Source: Bacteroidia bacterium (lineage in GTDB: Bacteria; Bacteroidota; Bacteroidia; M30B66). Taken from it: a DNA stretch of 64,000 nt. The stretch lies in the NCBI GenBank assembly GCA_965279035.1, contig OZ257142.1:1984001-2048000 (forward strand), in the 5' to 3' direction. Positions 9,815-21,500 of the stretch are shown here, in pieces; the first letter of the stretch is position 1, and each line of letters starts with the position of its first letter. A program made the position numbers and the translations under genes. Under the pieces are notes generated by a model, which saw only the letters and a program-made list of their open reading frames with translations, was not told where the DNA came from and made no database searches.

Positions 9815-12800
9815 ATGAAAACGATGTTCTCTTTGCTCTCGATGCGCTTGGTTAAAGTGCTTTTTGTTTGTTGTACTACGGTTGGACTTGCTGGTGTTGG
9901 TGTTTACCAGTATCTACAGCCGCCGACTCTTTCGTATGTGGAAGATTTCGCTCCTTACATTTCTGGTTTTACCAATGGTACAGTTGGAAAGAAATCAGCC
10001 GTTCAGGTGCTTCTTAATTTTGATCATCCAGATGAAATCGTCCCCGGAAAAGTTATTGAAGATGAATTGCTCGAATTTGAGCCTTCGGTAAAAGGTGAAC
10101 TGAAATGGAACGATAAACGAACACTTGAATTTGTTCCTTCCCAACCGCTCGAAAGCGATCAGGAATATTATTGCACGTTTCGACTAGGAGAAGTGCTTGA
10201 TACTTTGCCTAAAAAATTCCGAAAATTCGTATTTAAGTTCCGCACTTTTAAACAAGATTTTCGGGTCGATTACGATGGATTAAGTCCGCTTTCTAACAAT
10301 GATCCGCTATGGCAACATTTAAATGGCCGCATCCAAGCAAATGATGATATCGACTCAACCGGTACCATGAAAATGGTTACTGCCACGCAAGATGGTCGTG
10401 AACTAAAAATTAAATGGGATTTACAAGAAATTAATTGGGGAAGCCACTTAGCTCATTTTACTATCGATAGCATTCGTCGTGGTGAAAAAGCTGGAAAAGT
10501 ACATGTCGAAATTGATGGAAATTCGATTGGTGTAGACCGACAAGATAAACGCGATTTTGTAGTGCCATCGATGGGTGATTTTAATGTTCAAAATGCTACA
10601 ATAGAACAATTTCCTGAGCAAAGTATTCTCATTCAGTTTAGCGATCCAATTCGCAATGGACAGCAGTTGCAAGGGATGCTTCGAATCGAAGGTCAGCCCG
10701 AACCACGTATCATTTTAGAAGATAATTCCATTCGATTATTTCCAGCATTAAAATTAAAAGGAACATATACTATTTTGGTTAGTGCAGGTATTGAAAATGT
10801 GTGGGGATACCGCATGAATAAAGGAGAAAAAGTATCAGTAGAATTTCTTCCCCTCAAACCCAATATTCGAATGATTAGTCAGGGAGTTATATTACCTGAT
10901 GCTGGAAAATTGTTCTTTCCTTTTGAAGCCGTGGGCTTGAAGGCTGTTGATGTACAAGTGTATAAACTTTATGAAAACAACATCCTACAATTTCTACAAG
11001 TCAATGATTTAAATGGACAAGATGAATTATTACGTGTAGGAAAAAAAGTTCTTTCTAAAAAGATTGATCTTAAATATGACACCATCACCGATCTTGAATT
11101 TTGGCATCGTTACGCTATTGATTTAGGAAGTTTAATTCGTACCGAACCGGGTGCTATGTATCGAGTGAAATTGTCGATGCAAAAGGACTACGCTATTTGG
11201 GATTGTCCTGCTGTAAATCCGGGTGATGAGGAAGAAGAAGAAGACTACGAAGAAAAAGCACCGGAAGTTGATTTCACTCAATACCGACAAGATGATGGTT
11301 CAGATGAGAATTATTCTTGGGATTATGCCTATGAGAGTGATTATGCAAATAATCCATGTGAAAAAAGTTATTACCGCGAACGTCGCTACGGACACAATGT
11401 ACTTGCATCTGATTTAGGTGTAATTGTGAAACGCGAGCCCAATGGGAAGTTACATGTGGTTGTCAATAATCTACTTACGACACAGCCAATTCCAAATGCA
11501 ACGGTATTATTTTATAATTATCAGCAACAAGTTATTACACAGGGCACAACAGACGCCAATGGTATGATTGAACGAACTCCAGCTATCAAACCATTTGTGA
11601 TAGTAGTTAAAAGTGGCGCACAGCGTGGTTACATGAAATTGGATGAAGGCACATCATTATCGTTGAGCAATTTTGATGTAGATGGACGAACATCCGAAAA
11701 AGGAATTAAAGGATTTATTTACGGTGAGCGTGGCGTTTGGCGTCCGGGCGATTCTTTGTATTTGAATTTCATATTAGAAGATCCGCTTCACAGTGTTCCA
11801 AGCAAGCATCCCGTAACGATGGAATTGATGAATCCGATGGGACAAGTGGTAAATAAAATCATTCAAACCGAATCAGTAAATGGTTTCTATGATTTCAGAA
11901 CAGCGACTAATCCCGAAGCTCCAACGGGCAATTGGTTAGCGCAAGTTCATGTGGGAAACCGCAGTTTTACTAAGAACATCAAGATTGAAACGGTTAAACC
12001 GAATCGCCTGAAATTATACATGAATTTTGGGGGAAAGATGTTAAAGAAATCGGCACAAAAAGACACAGCACGTTTAGAAGTTAAATGGTTGCACGGAGCA
12101 GTTGCACGGAATTTAAAAGCAGATGTAGAAGTGAGTGTATCGCAAGCCAGTACTACATTTGAGAAATATCCGAATTATTGTTTTGATGATGCATTGAAAG
12201 GATTCGAATCACGTAAATTAACTTTGTTTGATGGAAATTTAAATGAACGAGGTTTAGCTGTTTTTTCAACCAAATTAGATGCAGGACAATCAGCTCCAGG
12301 CTTTTTAAGAGCCAACTTTTTTACCCGTGCTTTTGAAGAAGGTGGTGATTTTAGCACCGATCGTTTTTCTATCCTTTATTCACCTTATTCAAGCTATGCT
12401 GGGATTCGTGTTCCTGAATCGGATGGTCGACGTGATGTGCTCGAAACAGGAAAAGAAAACACCATTCAAATTGCCTCTGTTCGTGAAGATGGAACACCCG
12501 GAACATCGCGTTTACAAGTGAAAGTGTACAAGCTCAATTGGCAGTGGTGGTGGGATCGTTACGATGATGATATCAATTATTATTTAAGTCGCCCGGGGAT
12601 TTATCCAGTGTATGATTCGACCTATTCAACTAGCAATGGAAAAGCGGATTTGAAACTCAATTTTGATGAGAAATCTTGGGGACGCTATTTAATTCGTGTA
12701 ACCGACCTACAATCGGGACATGCCAGTGGAAAAGTGGTGTATTTTGAAAGTCCTTGGTGGCAACGTGGAAACAGCGCCGGGACGCAGTTTGCAAGTATGT

Positions 12801-15391
12801 TGAGTTTCTCGAGCGATAAAGAAAGCTATCGAGCAGGGGAGAAGGTTAAATTGAGTATTCCAAGTACTGGTAAAGGAAAAGCTTTGATTTCGATTGAAAG
12901 TGGGGAACGCATTCTTCAAAAGTTTTGGGTTGATACCGAAAAAGGAGAAACACATGCCGAGTTCACTTGTACACCTGATATGGCGCCTAATGCATACATA
13001 TTTGTGACTTTGTTGCAACCTCATGGAAGTGTGCAAAACGATTTACCTATGCGTTTGTATGGAATTATTCCATTGTCGGTTGAAGATCCCGCTACGCATT
13101 TGGAGCCACTCATTCAAATGGCTGATGTACTTGTTCCTGAGAGTACTGCTAAAATTACTGTGAAGGAAAAAAACGGCAAGCCGATGACATACACGCTTGC
13201 TTTGGTAGATGAAGGTTTGCTTGATTTAACACGCTTTCAAACTCCACAACCATGGGATGAATTTTATCAAAAAGAAGCATTACGTGTTAAAACTTGGGAT
13301 TTATATGATTGGGTAATTGGTGCTTATGGTGGAAAATTAAATCGAATTTTAAGTATTGGTGGTGATGGTTCTGGTTTGAATGGAAAGCAAGCGAAAGCCA
13401 ATCGTTTCAAGCCTGTGGTGCGTTTTGTTGGACCATTTTATTTGCCTGCAAAAGGTTCTCAAACACATTCCTTAAATCTCCCACAATATGTCGGTTCGGT
13501 TCGAGTGATGGTTGTTGCAGGAAATGCAGGTGCTTATGGCAATGCCGAGAAAACTGTTCCGGTGAAGAAACCATTGATGGTATTGGCTACACTGCCTCGT
13601 GTTGTTGGTCCTGATGAGTCGATTAGTTTGCCTGTTAACGTATTTGCGATGGAGGAAACTATTAAAAATGTTTCTGTTCAGGTGGAGGTAAATAATTTAT
13701 TGATGATGGAAGGCACAGCAGTTCAATCGACTCATTTTGATTTACCTGGTGATCAAGTGTTGAATTTTAGAATGAAAGTTGCTCAACGTGTTGGTATTGC
13801 TCGTATTAAAGTCACTGCGAAATGTGGTAAAGAAATAGCAATTCAAGATTTTGAGGTAGATGTTCGTCCTTCTAATTCTCCGTTTACTGAAATAAATCGG
13901 GTGAAATTGGAACCAGGAAAAGAACTGAGTTTAGATTTACCATTTACTGGATTGGATGGAAGCCATTCGCTTAGTTTAGAATCTTCGATTTTGCCTGTTG
14001 ATATTAGCAAGCGGATGAATTATTTAATTCAATATCCACATGGTTGTATTGAGCAGACTACATCATCGGCATTTCCACAATTAGCGATGCAGTCGGTATT
14101 GGATTTAAGTGCGAAGGAACAAATCAAGATCACCAATCATATTAAAGCTGCTTTGAACCGTATCGCCTTATTTCAGACACATTCGGGAGCTTTTTCCTAT
14201 TGGCCAGGTGAAGGAACAGCATCGGAATGGGGTACGAATTACGCTGGACATTTTATGTTAGAAGCAGAGCGTTTAGGGTATACACTACCTGTTGGGATGA
14301 AAAATCGTTGGGTGAAATATCAAGTGAATGAAGCTCAAAACTTCTCAGAAACCCGCATCACTTCAAGCGAACAGCTAACACAAGCCTATCGTTTATACAC
14401 CTTGGCTTTATCAGGAAATCCCGAACTAGGAGCGATGAACCGATTAAGAGAAACGAAAATCTTAAATCTCAGCACCCGCTGGCGTTTGGCTGCAGCTTAT
14501 GCACAATGTGGACAACCCGAAGTTGCTCGTTTATTAATTAAAAATCAGCCAAATCGAATTAAAAAGTATAAAGAACTTTCCAATACTTACGGAAGTGAAG
14601 GTCGCGATGAAGCCATGATTCTTGAAACCATGTTGTTGTTAAATGATCGAGTGGAATCGGAAAAATTGGTTGAGAAACTGATAAAAGAAATCAATAGTAC
14701 TACTTGGATGAGCACACAAACAACTGCATACAGTTTAATTGCACTGGGAAAATACATGAATATTCAATCGAATAATGGTGCAATTTCCTTTAGCTATGTG
14801 TTGGATAAAAATGCTGCTATTTCACGCGTTCAATCAAAGCCAGCTTCGAAAGAAAACCTCATTCAAAACGCCGATCGAGCTGCACATCGCATTACTTTAA
14901 AAAATGATGGAAGGACATCTATTCATATTCGTTTGGTACGCGAGTATATTCCTTTGCAAGGCGATGAACCAACCGTGAATAAAGGCATGAAACTACTTTG
15001 GGCATTTAAAGATTTAGATGGAAAATACATTAGTCCGGATAAGCTTCAACAAGGAACCGACTTTATTTCTGAAGTCACTGTGGTAAATCCTGAGCAACGT
15101 TATTTACAAGAAATGACATTGAATCAGATTTTTCCTTCGGGATGGGAGATTCGTAATATTCGAATGGAAGAAAGTGGTCAATTGCAAAGTGATGCAGCGC
15201 GTTATCAAGATTACCGGGATGATCGTGTGTATACGTATTTCGACTTATCGGGAATGAATAAACGTACGTATCGTATTTTGCTTCATGCAACCTACAAAGG
15301 ACGATTTTACCTTCCCGGCATTGAGTGTGAAGCGATGTATGATCGGGACATTTATGCACGTGTAAAAGGTCGTTGGGTAGAAGTGAATTAA
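9815..15391 (+). CDS. Bacterial alpha-2-macroglobulin (YfhM-like) with intact thioester motif
   Basis: 1858 aa; N-terminal hydrophobic anchor; ERGVWRPGD MG2 motif; LALVDEG; YPHGCIEQ thioester; DYRDDR and EAMYD C-terminal motifs. Confidence 0.93.
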   Translation: MKTMFSLLSMRLVKVLFVCCTTVGLAGVGVYQYLQPPTLSYVEDFAPYISGFTNGTVGKKSAVQVLLNFDHPDEIVPGKVIEDELLEFEPSVKGELKWNDKRTLEFVPSQPLESDQEYYCTFRLGEVLDTLPKKFRKFVFKFRTFKQDFRVDYDGLSPLSNNDPLWQHLNGRIQANDDIDSTGTMKMVTATQDGRELKIKWDLQEINWGSHLAHFTIDSIRRGEKAGKVHVEIDGNSIGVDRQDKRDFVVPSMGDFNVQNATIEQFPEQSILIQFSDPIRNGQQLQGMLRIEGQPEPRIILEDNSIRLFPALKLKGTYTILVSAGIENVWGYRMNKGEKVSVEFLPLKPNIRMISQGVILPDAGKLFFPFEAVGLKAVDVQVYKLYENNILQFLQVNDLNGQDELLRVGKKVLSKKIDLKYDTITDLEFWHRYAIDLGSLIRTEPGAMYRVKLSMQKDYAIWDCPAVNPGDEEEEEDYEEKAPEVDFTQYRQDDGSDENYSWDYAYESDYANNPCEKSYYRERRYGHNVLASDLGVIVKREPNGKLHVVVNNLLTTQPIPNATVLFYNYQQQVITQGTTDANGMIERTPAIKPFVIVVKSGAQRGYMKLDEGTSLSLSNFDVDGRTSEKGIKGFIYGERGVWRPGDSLYLNFILEDPLHSVPSKHPVTMELMNPMGQVVNKIIQTESVNGFYDFRTATNPEAPTGNWLAQVHVGNRSFTKNIKIETVKPNRLKLYMNFGGKMLKKSAQKDTARLEVKWLHGAVARNLKADVEVSVSQASTTFEKYPNYCFDDALKGFESRKLTLFDGNLNERGLAVFSTKLDAGQSAPGFLRANFFTRAFEEGGDFSTDRFSILYSPYSSYAGIRVPESDGRRDVLETGKENTIQIASVREDGTPGTSRLQVKVYKLNWQWWWDRYDDDINYYLSRPGIYPVYDSTYSTSNGKADLKLNFDEKSWGRYLIRVTDLQSGHASGKVVYFESPWWQRGNSAGTQFASMLSFSSDKESYRAGEKVKLSIPSTGKGKALISIESGERILQKFWVDTEKGETHAEFTCTPDMAPNAYIFVTLLQPHGSVQNDLPMRLYGIIPLSVEDPATHLEPLIQMADVLVPESTAKITVKEKNGKPMTYTLALVDEGLLDLTRFQTPQPWDEFYQKEALRVKTWDLYDWVIGAYGGKLNRILSIGGDGSGLNGKQAKANRFKPVVRFVGPFYLPAKGSQTHSLNLPQYVGSVRVMVVAGNAGAYGNAEKTVPVKKPLMVLATLPRVVGPDESISLPVNVFAMEETIKNVSVQVEVNNLLMMEGTAVQSTHFDLPGDQVLNFRMKVAQRVGIARIKVTAKCGKEIAIQDFEVDVRPSNSPFTEINRVKLEPGKELSLDLPFTGLDGSHSLSLESSILPVDISKRMNYLIQYPHGCIEQTTSSAFPQLAMQSVLDLSAKEQIKITNHIKAALNRIALFQTHSGAFSYWPGEGTASEWGTNYAGHFMLEAERLGYTLPVGMKNRWVKYQVNEAQNFSETRITSSEQLTQAYRLYTLALSGNPELGAMNRLRETKILNLSTRWRLAAAYAQCGQPEVARLLIKNQPNRIKKYKELSNTYGSEGRDEAMILETMLLLNDRVESEKLVEKLIKEINSTTWMSTQTTAYSLIALGKYMNIQSNNGAISFSYVLDKNAAISRVQSKPASKENLIQNADRAAHRITLKNDGRTSIHIRLVREYIPLQGDEPTVNKGMKLLWAFKDLDGKYISPDKLQQGTDFISEVTVVNPEQRYLQEMTLNQIFPSGWEIRNIRMEESGQLQSDAARYQDYRDDRVYTYFDLSGMNKRTYRILLHATYKGRFYLPGIECEAMYDRDIYARVKGRWVEVN

Positions 15392-15488
15392 TGTTCCAAT
15401 TTCTAACAGAATGAAGAATTTAATCTTTCTAAAACAACTGATAACATAAGTGAAAGAGCATTAAGGGAATGATTTAAAATTGATTGCT

Positions 15489-15524
15489 AATAAGCCTCGT
15501 ATTAATTTCGAGGCTTATTTTTTT
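15489..15524 (+). terminator. Intrinsic terminator after alpha-2-macroglobulin
   Basis: AATAAGCCTCG / CGAGGCTTATT 11-bp stem followed by Ts. Confidence 0.75.
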
Positions 15525-15658
15525 GATAATTATTTGATGGATTTAATTCTTTGTTTATTTAAAATTAGATCGAAATTCTATATCATTTTTTGATAAAACC
15601 TTATAGTATCAATTTCTTCAATTTTAAATCTATCTGATTCAAATCAATCATCATTCAT

Positions 15659-15666
15659 TAGATTTG
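15659..15666 (+). promoter_or_regulatory. Bacteroidetes -7 promoter element for tyrS
   Basis: TAGATTTG matches the TAnnTTTG consensus, about 20 nt before the ATG. Confidence 0.55.
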
Positions 15667-15685
15667 CATCTTTTCGAAGCAAAAC

Positions 15686-16954
15686 ATGAATTTAGTTGAA
15701 GAATTAAGGTGGAGAGGATTGCTCCATGATATAATGCCTGGAACTGAGGAATTACTAGCTAAAGAGCAAGTAAGTGCATACATTGGTTTTGATCCAACTG
15801 CAGAATCTCTTCACATAGGTTCTCTCGTGCAGATTATTTTATTAATGCATCTCCAGCGTCACGGACACTTGCCCATTGCCTTGGTGGGTGGTGCAACCGG
15901 AATGATTGGCGATCCATCTTTCAAAGCCGAAGAGCGTAAAATGCTCAACGAAGAAACTTTAAATAAAAATGTTGCAGGCATAGAAGCTCAATTGCGTCGC
16001 TTTTTGGATTTTGAAAAAGGGGCAACATTGGTCAATAATTACGACTGGTTTAAAGAATTTAGTTTGCTTGGATTTATGCGTGAAGTAGGCAAGCATATTT
16101 CTGTCAATTACATGATGGCAAAAGATTCTGTAAAGAAGCGTCTCGAAACGGGAATTTCTTTTACAGAATTCAGTTATCAACTCATCCAAGGCTATGATTT
16201 TTACTGGCTTTGGAAAAATAAAAACGCCAAACTTCAAGTTGGAGGTTCGGATCAATGGGGAAATATTGTTACAGGAACTGAACTCATTCGCCGCATTGGT
16301 GGAGGAGAAGCCTTTGCTTTAACAGTGCCTTTGGTTACTAAAGCGGATGGGACAAAATTTGGAAAAACCGAATCCGGAAATGTTTGGCTCGATGCCCGTT
16401 TAACCAGCCCATATGCATTTTATCAGTTTTGGTTAAATACTTCGGATGAAGATGCTGAGAAATACATCAAGATATTTTCTTTTTTGAGTCAAAGTGAAAC
16501 AGATGAATTAATCCTCAATCATCGGGAACAACCACATTTGCGATCCTTACAAAAACGTTTGGGGAAAGAAGTAACTTGCTTGGTTCATGGGATTGAAGAA
16601 TACGAAGGGGCTATTGGTGCAACTGAAATATTATTTGGGAATGGCACTTCTGAGCAACTAGCGGCAATGAGTGAATCAATTTTTCTTCAAGTGTTTGAAG
16701 GTGTTCCGCAATACACGATTTCCCGTTCTGAATTTGAATCTGGAATTCCTATAATTGAACTATTGGCTAGTTATTCTCAAATAATGCCTTCCAAAGGGGA
16801 AGCTCGTAAAATGATTCAGCAAAATGCTATTTCATTGAATAAAGAAAAATTCGTTGATGCTGCTGGAATAGTTAATACCGGAAATTTAATCAATGATAAA
16901 TACGTGCTTGTTCAAAAAGGAAAGAAGAATTATTATTTAATTATAGCTTCATAA
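15686..16954 (+). CDS. tyrS: Tyrosine--tRNA ligase
   Basis: [15 protein letters not shown] (HIGH-like), [16 protein letters not shown] (KMSKS-like), C-terminal S4 domain. Confidence 0.98.
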   Translation: MNLVEELRWRGLLHDIMPGTEELLAKEQVSAYIGFDPTAESLHIGSLVQIILLMHLQRHGHLPIALVGGATGMIGDPSFKAEERKMLNEETLNKNVAGIEAQLRRFLDFEKGATLVNNYDWFKEFSLLGFMREVGKHISVNYMMAKDSVKKRLETGISFTEFSYQLIQGYDFYWLWKNKNAKLQVGGSDQWGNIVTGTELIRRIGGGEAFALTVPLVTKADGTKFGKTESGNVWLDARLTSPYAFYQFWLNTSDEDAEKYIKIFSFLSQSETDELILNHREQPHLRSLQKRLGKEVTCLVHGIEEYEGAIGATEILFGNGTSEQLAAMSESIFLQVFEGVPQYTISRSEFESGIPIIELLASYSQIMPSKGEARKMIQQNAISLNKEKFVDAAGIVNTGNLINDKYVLVQKGKKNYYLIIAS

Positions 16955-16955
16955 A

Positions 16956-17183
16956 ATGCGTATCATCGATAGTATTCCTCATCCTCAGCTTCGAATTAGT
17001 ATTTTTAGTATGAACGATAAATACCAAGTGAAATTCGAGGCAGGACCTTATGAACAAACTTATAAGTTTGAAAAAGATGTTGTTGAAGGATTGGAAGATT
17101 TAAAGACGCGTGTTGACGATATTTTTTTAGAAAAAGTAGCTAGCATTTTTCGTGAAATGCATGCATTAAATGCTTGGAAGTAA
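16956..17183 (+). CDS. Small conserved hypothetical protein
   Basis: 75-aa ORF starting 1 nt after the tyrS stop; IFSMNDKYQVKFEAGPYEQTYK looks like a real Bacteroidetes small protein. Confidence 0.75.
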   Translation: MRIIDSIPHPQLRISIFSMNDKYQVKFEAGPYEQTYKFEKDVVEGLEDLKTRVDDIFLEKVASIFREMHALNAWK

Positions 17184-17196
17184 TATTGAATTTATA

Positions 17197-18465
17197 ATGA
17201 AACGTGTTGTTGTTTTTGGTCCTGGTCCACAATTTAAAGGTGGAATTGCAAACTTCACTGTTTCATTGGCTAAAGCATTGGAAAACGAAGGAGCAACAGT
17301 GAATTTAGTATCTTGGACACAACAATATCCAGCTATTATTCCACGCGATTTTATTGACCGCTCAAGTAAATCAAATTTGCTTGAAGGAAGTAACATTCAA
17401 GTTGATTATCTCTGTAATTATAATAATCCTTTTTCTTGGAATTCAACAGCTCGTTTTATTGCAGCTTTAAAACCCGATCAAGTTATTTTTCAATGGGCAA
17501 TTGCAATTCAAGGCTTACCCATGGGTTGGATTGCTCGAAAAATAAAGGCGATATCTCCTCAAACAGAAATTATTTTCGACGTACATAATGTGATTCAAAA
17601 AGAAACGGGTTCGCTTGATAAAAAACTCACCCGTTATGCTTTAAAAAGTGCCGATACATTCATTATGCATGGACAAATTACCATCGATGAATTCAAAGCT
17701 TTTCTACCCGAAATCAATACCAAAATCAGTGAAGATTCTAGTCGTTCTTCAACCCAAAAAACCATTTTAAAATTATATCATCCTATTTATGATATTTTCA
17801 AACCCAATCCAGATTTAAATATTGATTTAATTAAAAAGGAATATCATTTAAATAAACACGTGTTTTTATTCTTTGGATTTATTCGCAAATACAAAGGATT
17901 ACATTTTGCCATTGAAGCATTTGCACGAATTGTCTCACAATATCCCGATTCAAGTCTCCTCATTGTTGGTGAGTCTTTTTGGGATACAGTTGATAAAACC
18001 AATTGGATCATTCGCATTAAAACCGGAATATTTCGATTACTCAAATCCATTTTTATTCGCAGTAAAGATCAAGAAAGAGATTATCGACCACTTGAATTAA
18101 TCTCTCAATTAGGAATAGAAAAAAACGTTGTTGTTATTAACCGATTTATTCCAAATGAAGAAGTAAATCGTTATTTTCAGATGAGTGATGCTGTAGTTAA
18201 TTTTTATGAATATGCAACACCATCAGGAGTTGAATCCATTGCATACAATTTCAATAAACCCATTTTAGCAACTCGTGTTGGACATTTTGCAAATGCCATT
18301 GTCGATGGAGAAAACGGTTATTTAGCCGAAGCTGCTGATATCCAAAGTATGGCTAATGTGATGGAACATTTTATTCTTCATCCAATTCCTTTGGAGAATG
18401 TGAAACAATTTGCTCAAAAGCTAAGCTGGGCTAATTATGCAAAGGTAATTTTAGGTAGAAATTAA
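17197..18465 (+). CDS. Glycosyltransferase family 4 (GT-B)
   Basis: FFGFIRKYKG and ATPSGV...NKPILATRVG motifs; ATG at 17197 (MKRVVVFGP) preferred. Confidence 0.9.
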   Translation: MKRVVVFGPGPQFKGGIANFTVSLAKALENEGATVNLVSWTQQYPAIIPRDFIDRSSKSNLLEGSNIQVDYLCNYNNPFSWNSTARFIAALKPDQVIFQWAIAIQGLPMGWIARKIKAISPQTEIIFDVHNVIQKETGSLDKKLTRYALKSADTFIMHGQITIDEFKAFLPEINTKISEDSSRSSTQKTILKLYHPIYDIFKPNPDLNIDLIKKEYHLNKHVFLFFGFIRKYKGLHFAIEAFARIVSQYPDSSLLIVGESFWDTVDKTNWIIRIKTGIFRLLKSIFIRSKDQERDYRPLELISQLGIEKNVVVINRFIPNEEVNRYFQMSDAVVNFYEYATPSGVESIAYNFNKPILATRVGHFANAIVDGENGYLAEAADIQSMANVMEHFILHPIPLENVKQFAQKLSWANYAKVILGRN

Positions 18466-18474
18466 TTCTTTTAA

Positions 18475-21009
18475 TTACACCGATTTCAATTCAGAATTTC
18501 GCAAATAACTCGTATTATTTCGCCTAAACCATTTTACAATTTCAAACCAGATAACTGAACAAATTCCTGCAATAATTGATAAAATTAATTCGAACATATT
18601 CAAGCGTTCAAATTCAAAAAAATGTTGAATTGGTTCAATATAAAGCATGCAGAAAGTGAGTACAATGGTTATTCCAGTTATAATAGGTACCAAATTATTT
18701 TTAAATCGAAATGTTTGAAGTATGGAATAATAAAATGAACGGTTTATCAAGGTAAGTGAGATATTGGCACTTACTAAGGTTAGAAAAACCATCGTTCGTG
18801 TGCCTTCTTCTGAATTACCCATTCGAATTGAAACCCAATACATAAATAAAACAGCACAGGTAATTACAAGCCCTTGAATTATACTAATATTTAATTCTTT
18901 CCAACTAAAAAATGTTGATGTAAAAGGACGAGGTTTTTGAGTCATCGCATTTTTTTCTATTGGTTCATTTTCGAATAGGATGGAACAGGTTGGTCCCATA
19001 ATTAATTCAAGAAAAATGATGTGAATTGGAGAGAAAATCGTTGGGTAAATCCATCCCAATGCTAATGGAATAAATACAGTAAGTATGATTGGAATATGTA
19101 TGGAAATAATATAGCGATTGGCCTTTTTTAAATTAGCATAGATTCGCCTGCCCATCGCTATTGCATCAACCATCTTCGATAAATCATCTTCAACTAATAC
19201 GAGTGATGCAGATTGTTTAGCAATCTCACTTCCTTTTTTTCCCATAGCAATTCCAATATGAGATGCTTTTAATGCAGGTCCGTCATTCACTCCATCACCA
19301 GTCATTGCAACTATTTCTTTGTTCGCCTTCAAGGCATTTATAATTTTCAATTTTGCTTCTGGAAACATGCGTGTAAAAACTTGCTTTTCCTCTACAATTT
19401 TGACTAAATCAGTATCATTTAAAGCCATTAATTCTTCGCCCGAAATAGCTTGATCATATCCTTTAAAACCAACTTGTTTAGCTATTGCTCCTGTAGTTTC
19501 GGCATTATCACCCGTAATAATTTTAACCTGTATTCCCGCAGAATAAAACCGAGATAAAACCTCTTTGATATTTTTCTTTGGCGGATCATTAAATGCTACT
19601 ATTCCAATGAATTGAAAATCGAATTGTTGCTGTTCTTTTGGAAAATCGTTTCCTTCTAATTTTCCTTCAGCTACACCTAACAAACGTTGTCCTTCTTTGG
19701 ATAATGTCAAGATGATTTTAACTATCTGTTCTTTCTCTACATCACTTAAATGTTTACATACCGCTAATATTGCTTCTGGAGCTCCTTTGGCTGCAATAAT
19801 TCTTTGACCTTGTTTATTTTCGAAAACATGAGTCATCATGGGCGGTTTTCCACCTAATGGATATTCATGAATGATTGAATATTGCGGTCTTTCATCCTCT
19901 TTATAAAACTGAGAATAGCTTTCATGTATTGCTTTTTCCATCGTATCGAATGGCGCAGTCTCACTTGCCCACATAGCAATACGAATCAGTTTCATTTCAG
20001 CTTCGTTGTGAAGGCTTGATATTTCGATAATTCCATTTTTATCTGATGTATACACTTTGGATAATGACATACTATTTTCAGTGATTGTTCCCGTTTTATC
20101 AGTACAAATAACTGTTGCACTTCCTAGGGTTTCCACTGTTTTTATTTGTTTTACAATAATTCCTAATTGCATCAATCGTCTTGAACCTAAGGCCATAAAC
20201 GAAGTCATTGCAAGTGGAATTTCTTCCGGAATAACACTCATTGCTAGTGTTAAAGATTTTAACAAACTTCCTATGAAATCACGCGAATGATAGAAATGTA
20301 TGATCCATACAAGAATAAATACCAGCGAACCGGCAATTACCATTTTCTTTACAAAATTTCCAATTTGAATTTCGAGTGGAGTTTTTTCTTCTACTATTTG
20401 CTCGATACTCTTTCCTATTTTCCCTAATCGCGTTGCATTTCCGATGGCTTCTATAATGGCAACTGCATGTCCAGAAGCAACACTCGTACCTTGTAAAATG
20501 ATATTATTTTCATCCTTCTCGTTCTTATTTATGGCGAGTGATTCTCCAGTGAGAATGGATTCATTTACAGAAAAGTCGTTTGAAACTACAATTCTCCCAT
20601 CTGCAGCTATTGAACTTCCTTCATCCACAACTAAATAATCACCAAGAACAAGATCATCACTTACAATTTCTTGAATTTCATTATTTCGAATTACTTTACA
20701 AGTAGGTTTTGTTAGCTCTTTTAATTTATCTAATGCATTGCGACTTTGTGATTCTTGATAAAGTGAAATAGTGGATAATAGTACAATTGCAGAAACAAGA
20801 AAAATCCCATTTGCTGAATCTCCAGTGATAAAATAGAGGATTGATGCAAGCAAAAGGATTAACACCATAGGCTCTTTTACAATACTCAAAATGGCTTGTA
20901 TAATTCCATTTTCTTTTTTGAATTCAAGTTTATTTCTACCTGATTTCTCTGCCGAAATCAATACTTGTTCATCCGTTAAGCCTTTAAAATTATAGTGATT
21001 CGTGCTCAT
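18475..21009 (-). CDS. Cation-transporting P-type ATPase (type II, Ca2+-like)
   Basis: TGES, IPEE in the membrane domain, DKTGT phosphorylation site, KGAPE, TGDN and GDGVND. Confidence 0.93.
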   Translation of the reverse strand: MSTNHYNFKGLTDEQVLISAEKSGRNKLEFKKENGIIQAILSIVKEPMVLILLLASILYFITGDSANGIFLVSAIVLLSTISLYQESQSRNALDKLKELTKPTCKVIRNNEIQEIVSDDLVLGDYLVVDEGSSIAADGRIVVSNDFSVNESILTGESLAINKNEKDENNIILQGTSVASGHAVAIIEAIGNATRLGKIGKSIEQIVEEKTPLEIQIGNFVKKMVIAGSLVFILVWIIHFYHSRDFIGSLLKSLTLAMSVIPEEIPLAMTSFMALGSRRLMQLGIIVKQIKTVETLGSATVICTDKTGTITENSMSLSKVYTSDKNGIIEISSLHNEAEMKLIRIAMWASETAPFDTMEKAIHESYSQFYKEDERPQYSIIHEYPLGGKPPMMTHVFENKQGQRIIAAKGAPEAILAVCKHLSDVEKEQIVKIILTLSKEGQRLLGVAEGKLEGNDFPKEQQQFDFQFIGIVAFNDPPKKNIKEVLSRFYSAGIQVKIITGDNAETTGAIAKQVGFKGYDQAISGEELMALNDTDLVKIVEEKQVFTRMFPEAKLKIINALKANKEIVAMTGDGVNDGPALKASHIGIAMGKKGSEIAKQSASLVLVEDDLSKMVDAIAMGRRIYANLKKANRYIISIHIPIILTVFIPLALGWIYPTIFSPIHIIFLELIMGPTCSILFENEPIEKNAMTQKPRPFTSTFFSWKELNISIIQGLVITCAVLFMYWVSIRMGNSEEGTRTMVFLTLVSANISLTLINRSFYYSILQTFRFKNNLVPIITGITIVLTFCMLYIEPIQHFFEFERLNMFELILSIIAGICSVIWFEIVKWFRRNNTSYLRNSELKSV

Positions 21010-21500
21010 TGGATATTTTATAAATAAATTGATTTAGGCTAAAATACTTTATTTACGCAACTATATTGTTTAATTTATTTACATGATTCTTTCATTAATT
21101 CATTTGTATTTAAGCTATAAAATGAAGATATATTTTCATTTATAAAAATACTAGTTTGAGGTATTTATTCTAGAGTGAAAATGATTTTTAATTTGAAATA
21201 ATATTTAATTTATTTCAATAAAATATTCAAATTCAATTTCATGCATTTCAGTTAATATTAGTTTCATGTTTTCCAATTATTTTCGATGATGTTCTAAGAA
21301 GAATAAATCACATTATTTCTCATTTTAAGGAAAATGAAATATTTCTAAATGATTCTTATTAAGAATCTTGAATGCATGAAATAGGTTATTTGACGTGCAT
21401 TTGATCGCTTATTAACACCATTGTTTGTTAATTCATTTCATTCCTACTTCATTAATTCAAAAAACGCTTTTATATTGTGCCTGTCTTAACCAAAAGAAAC

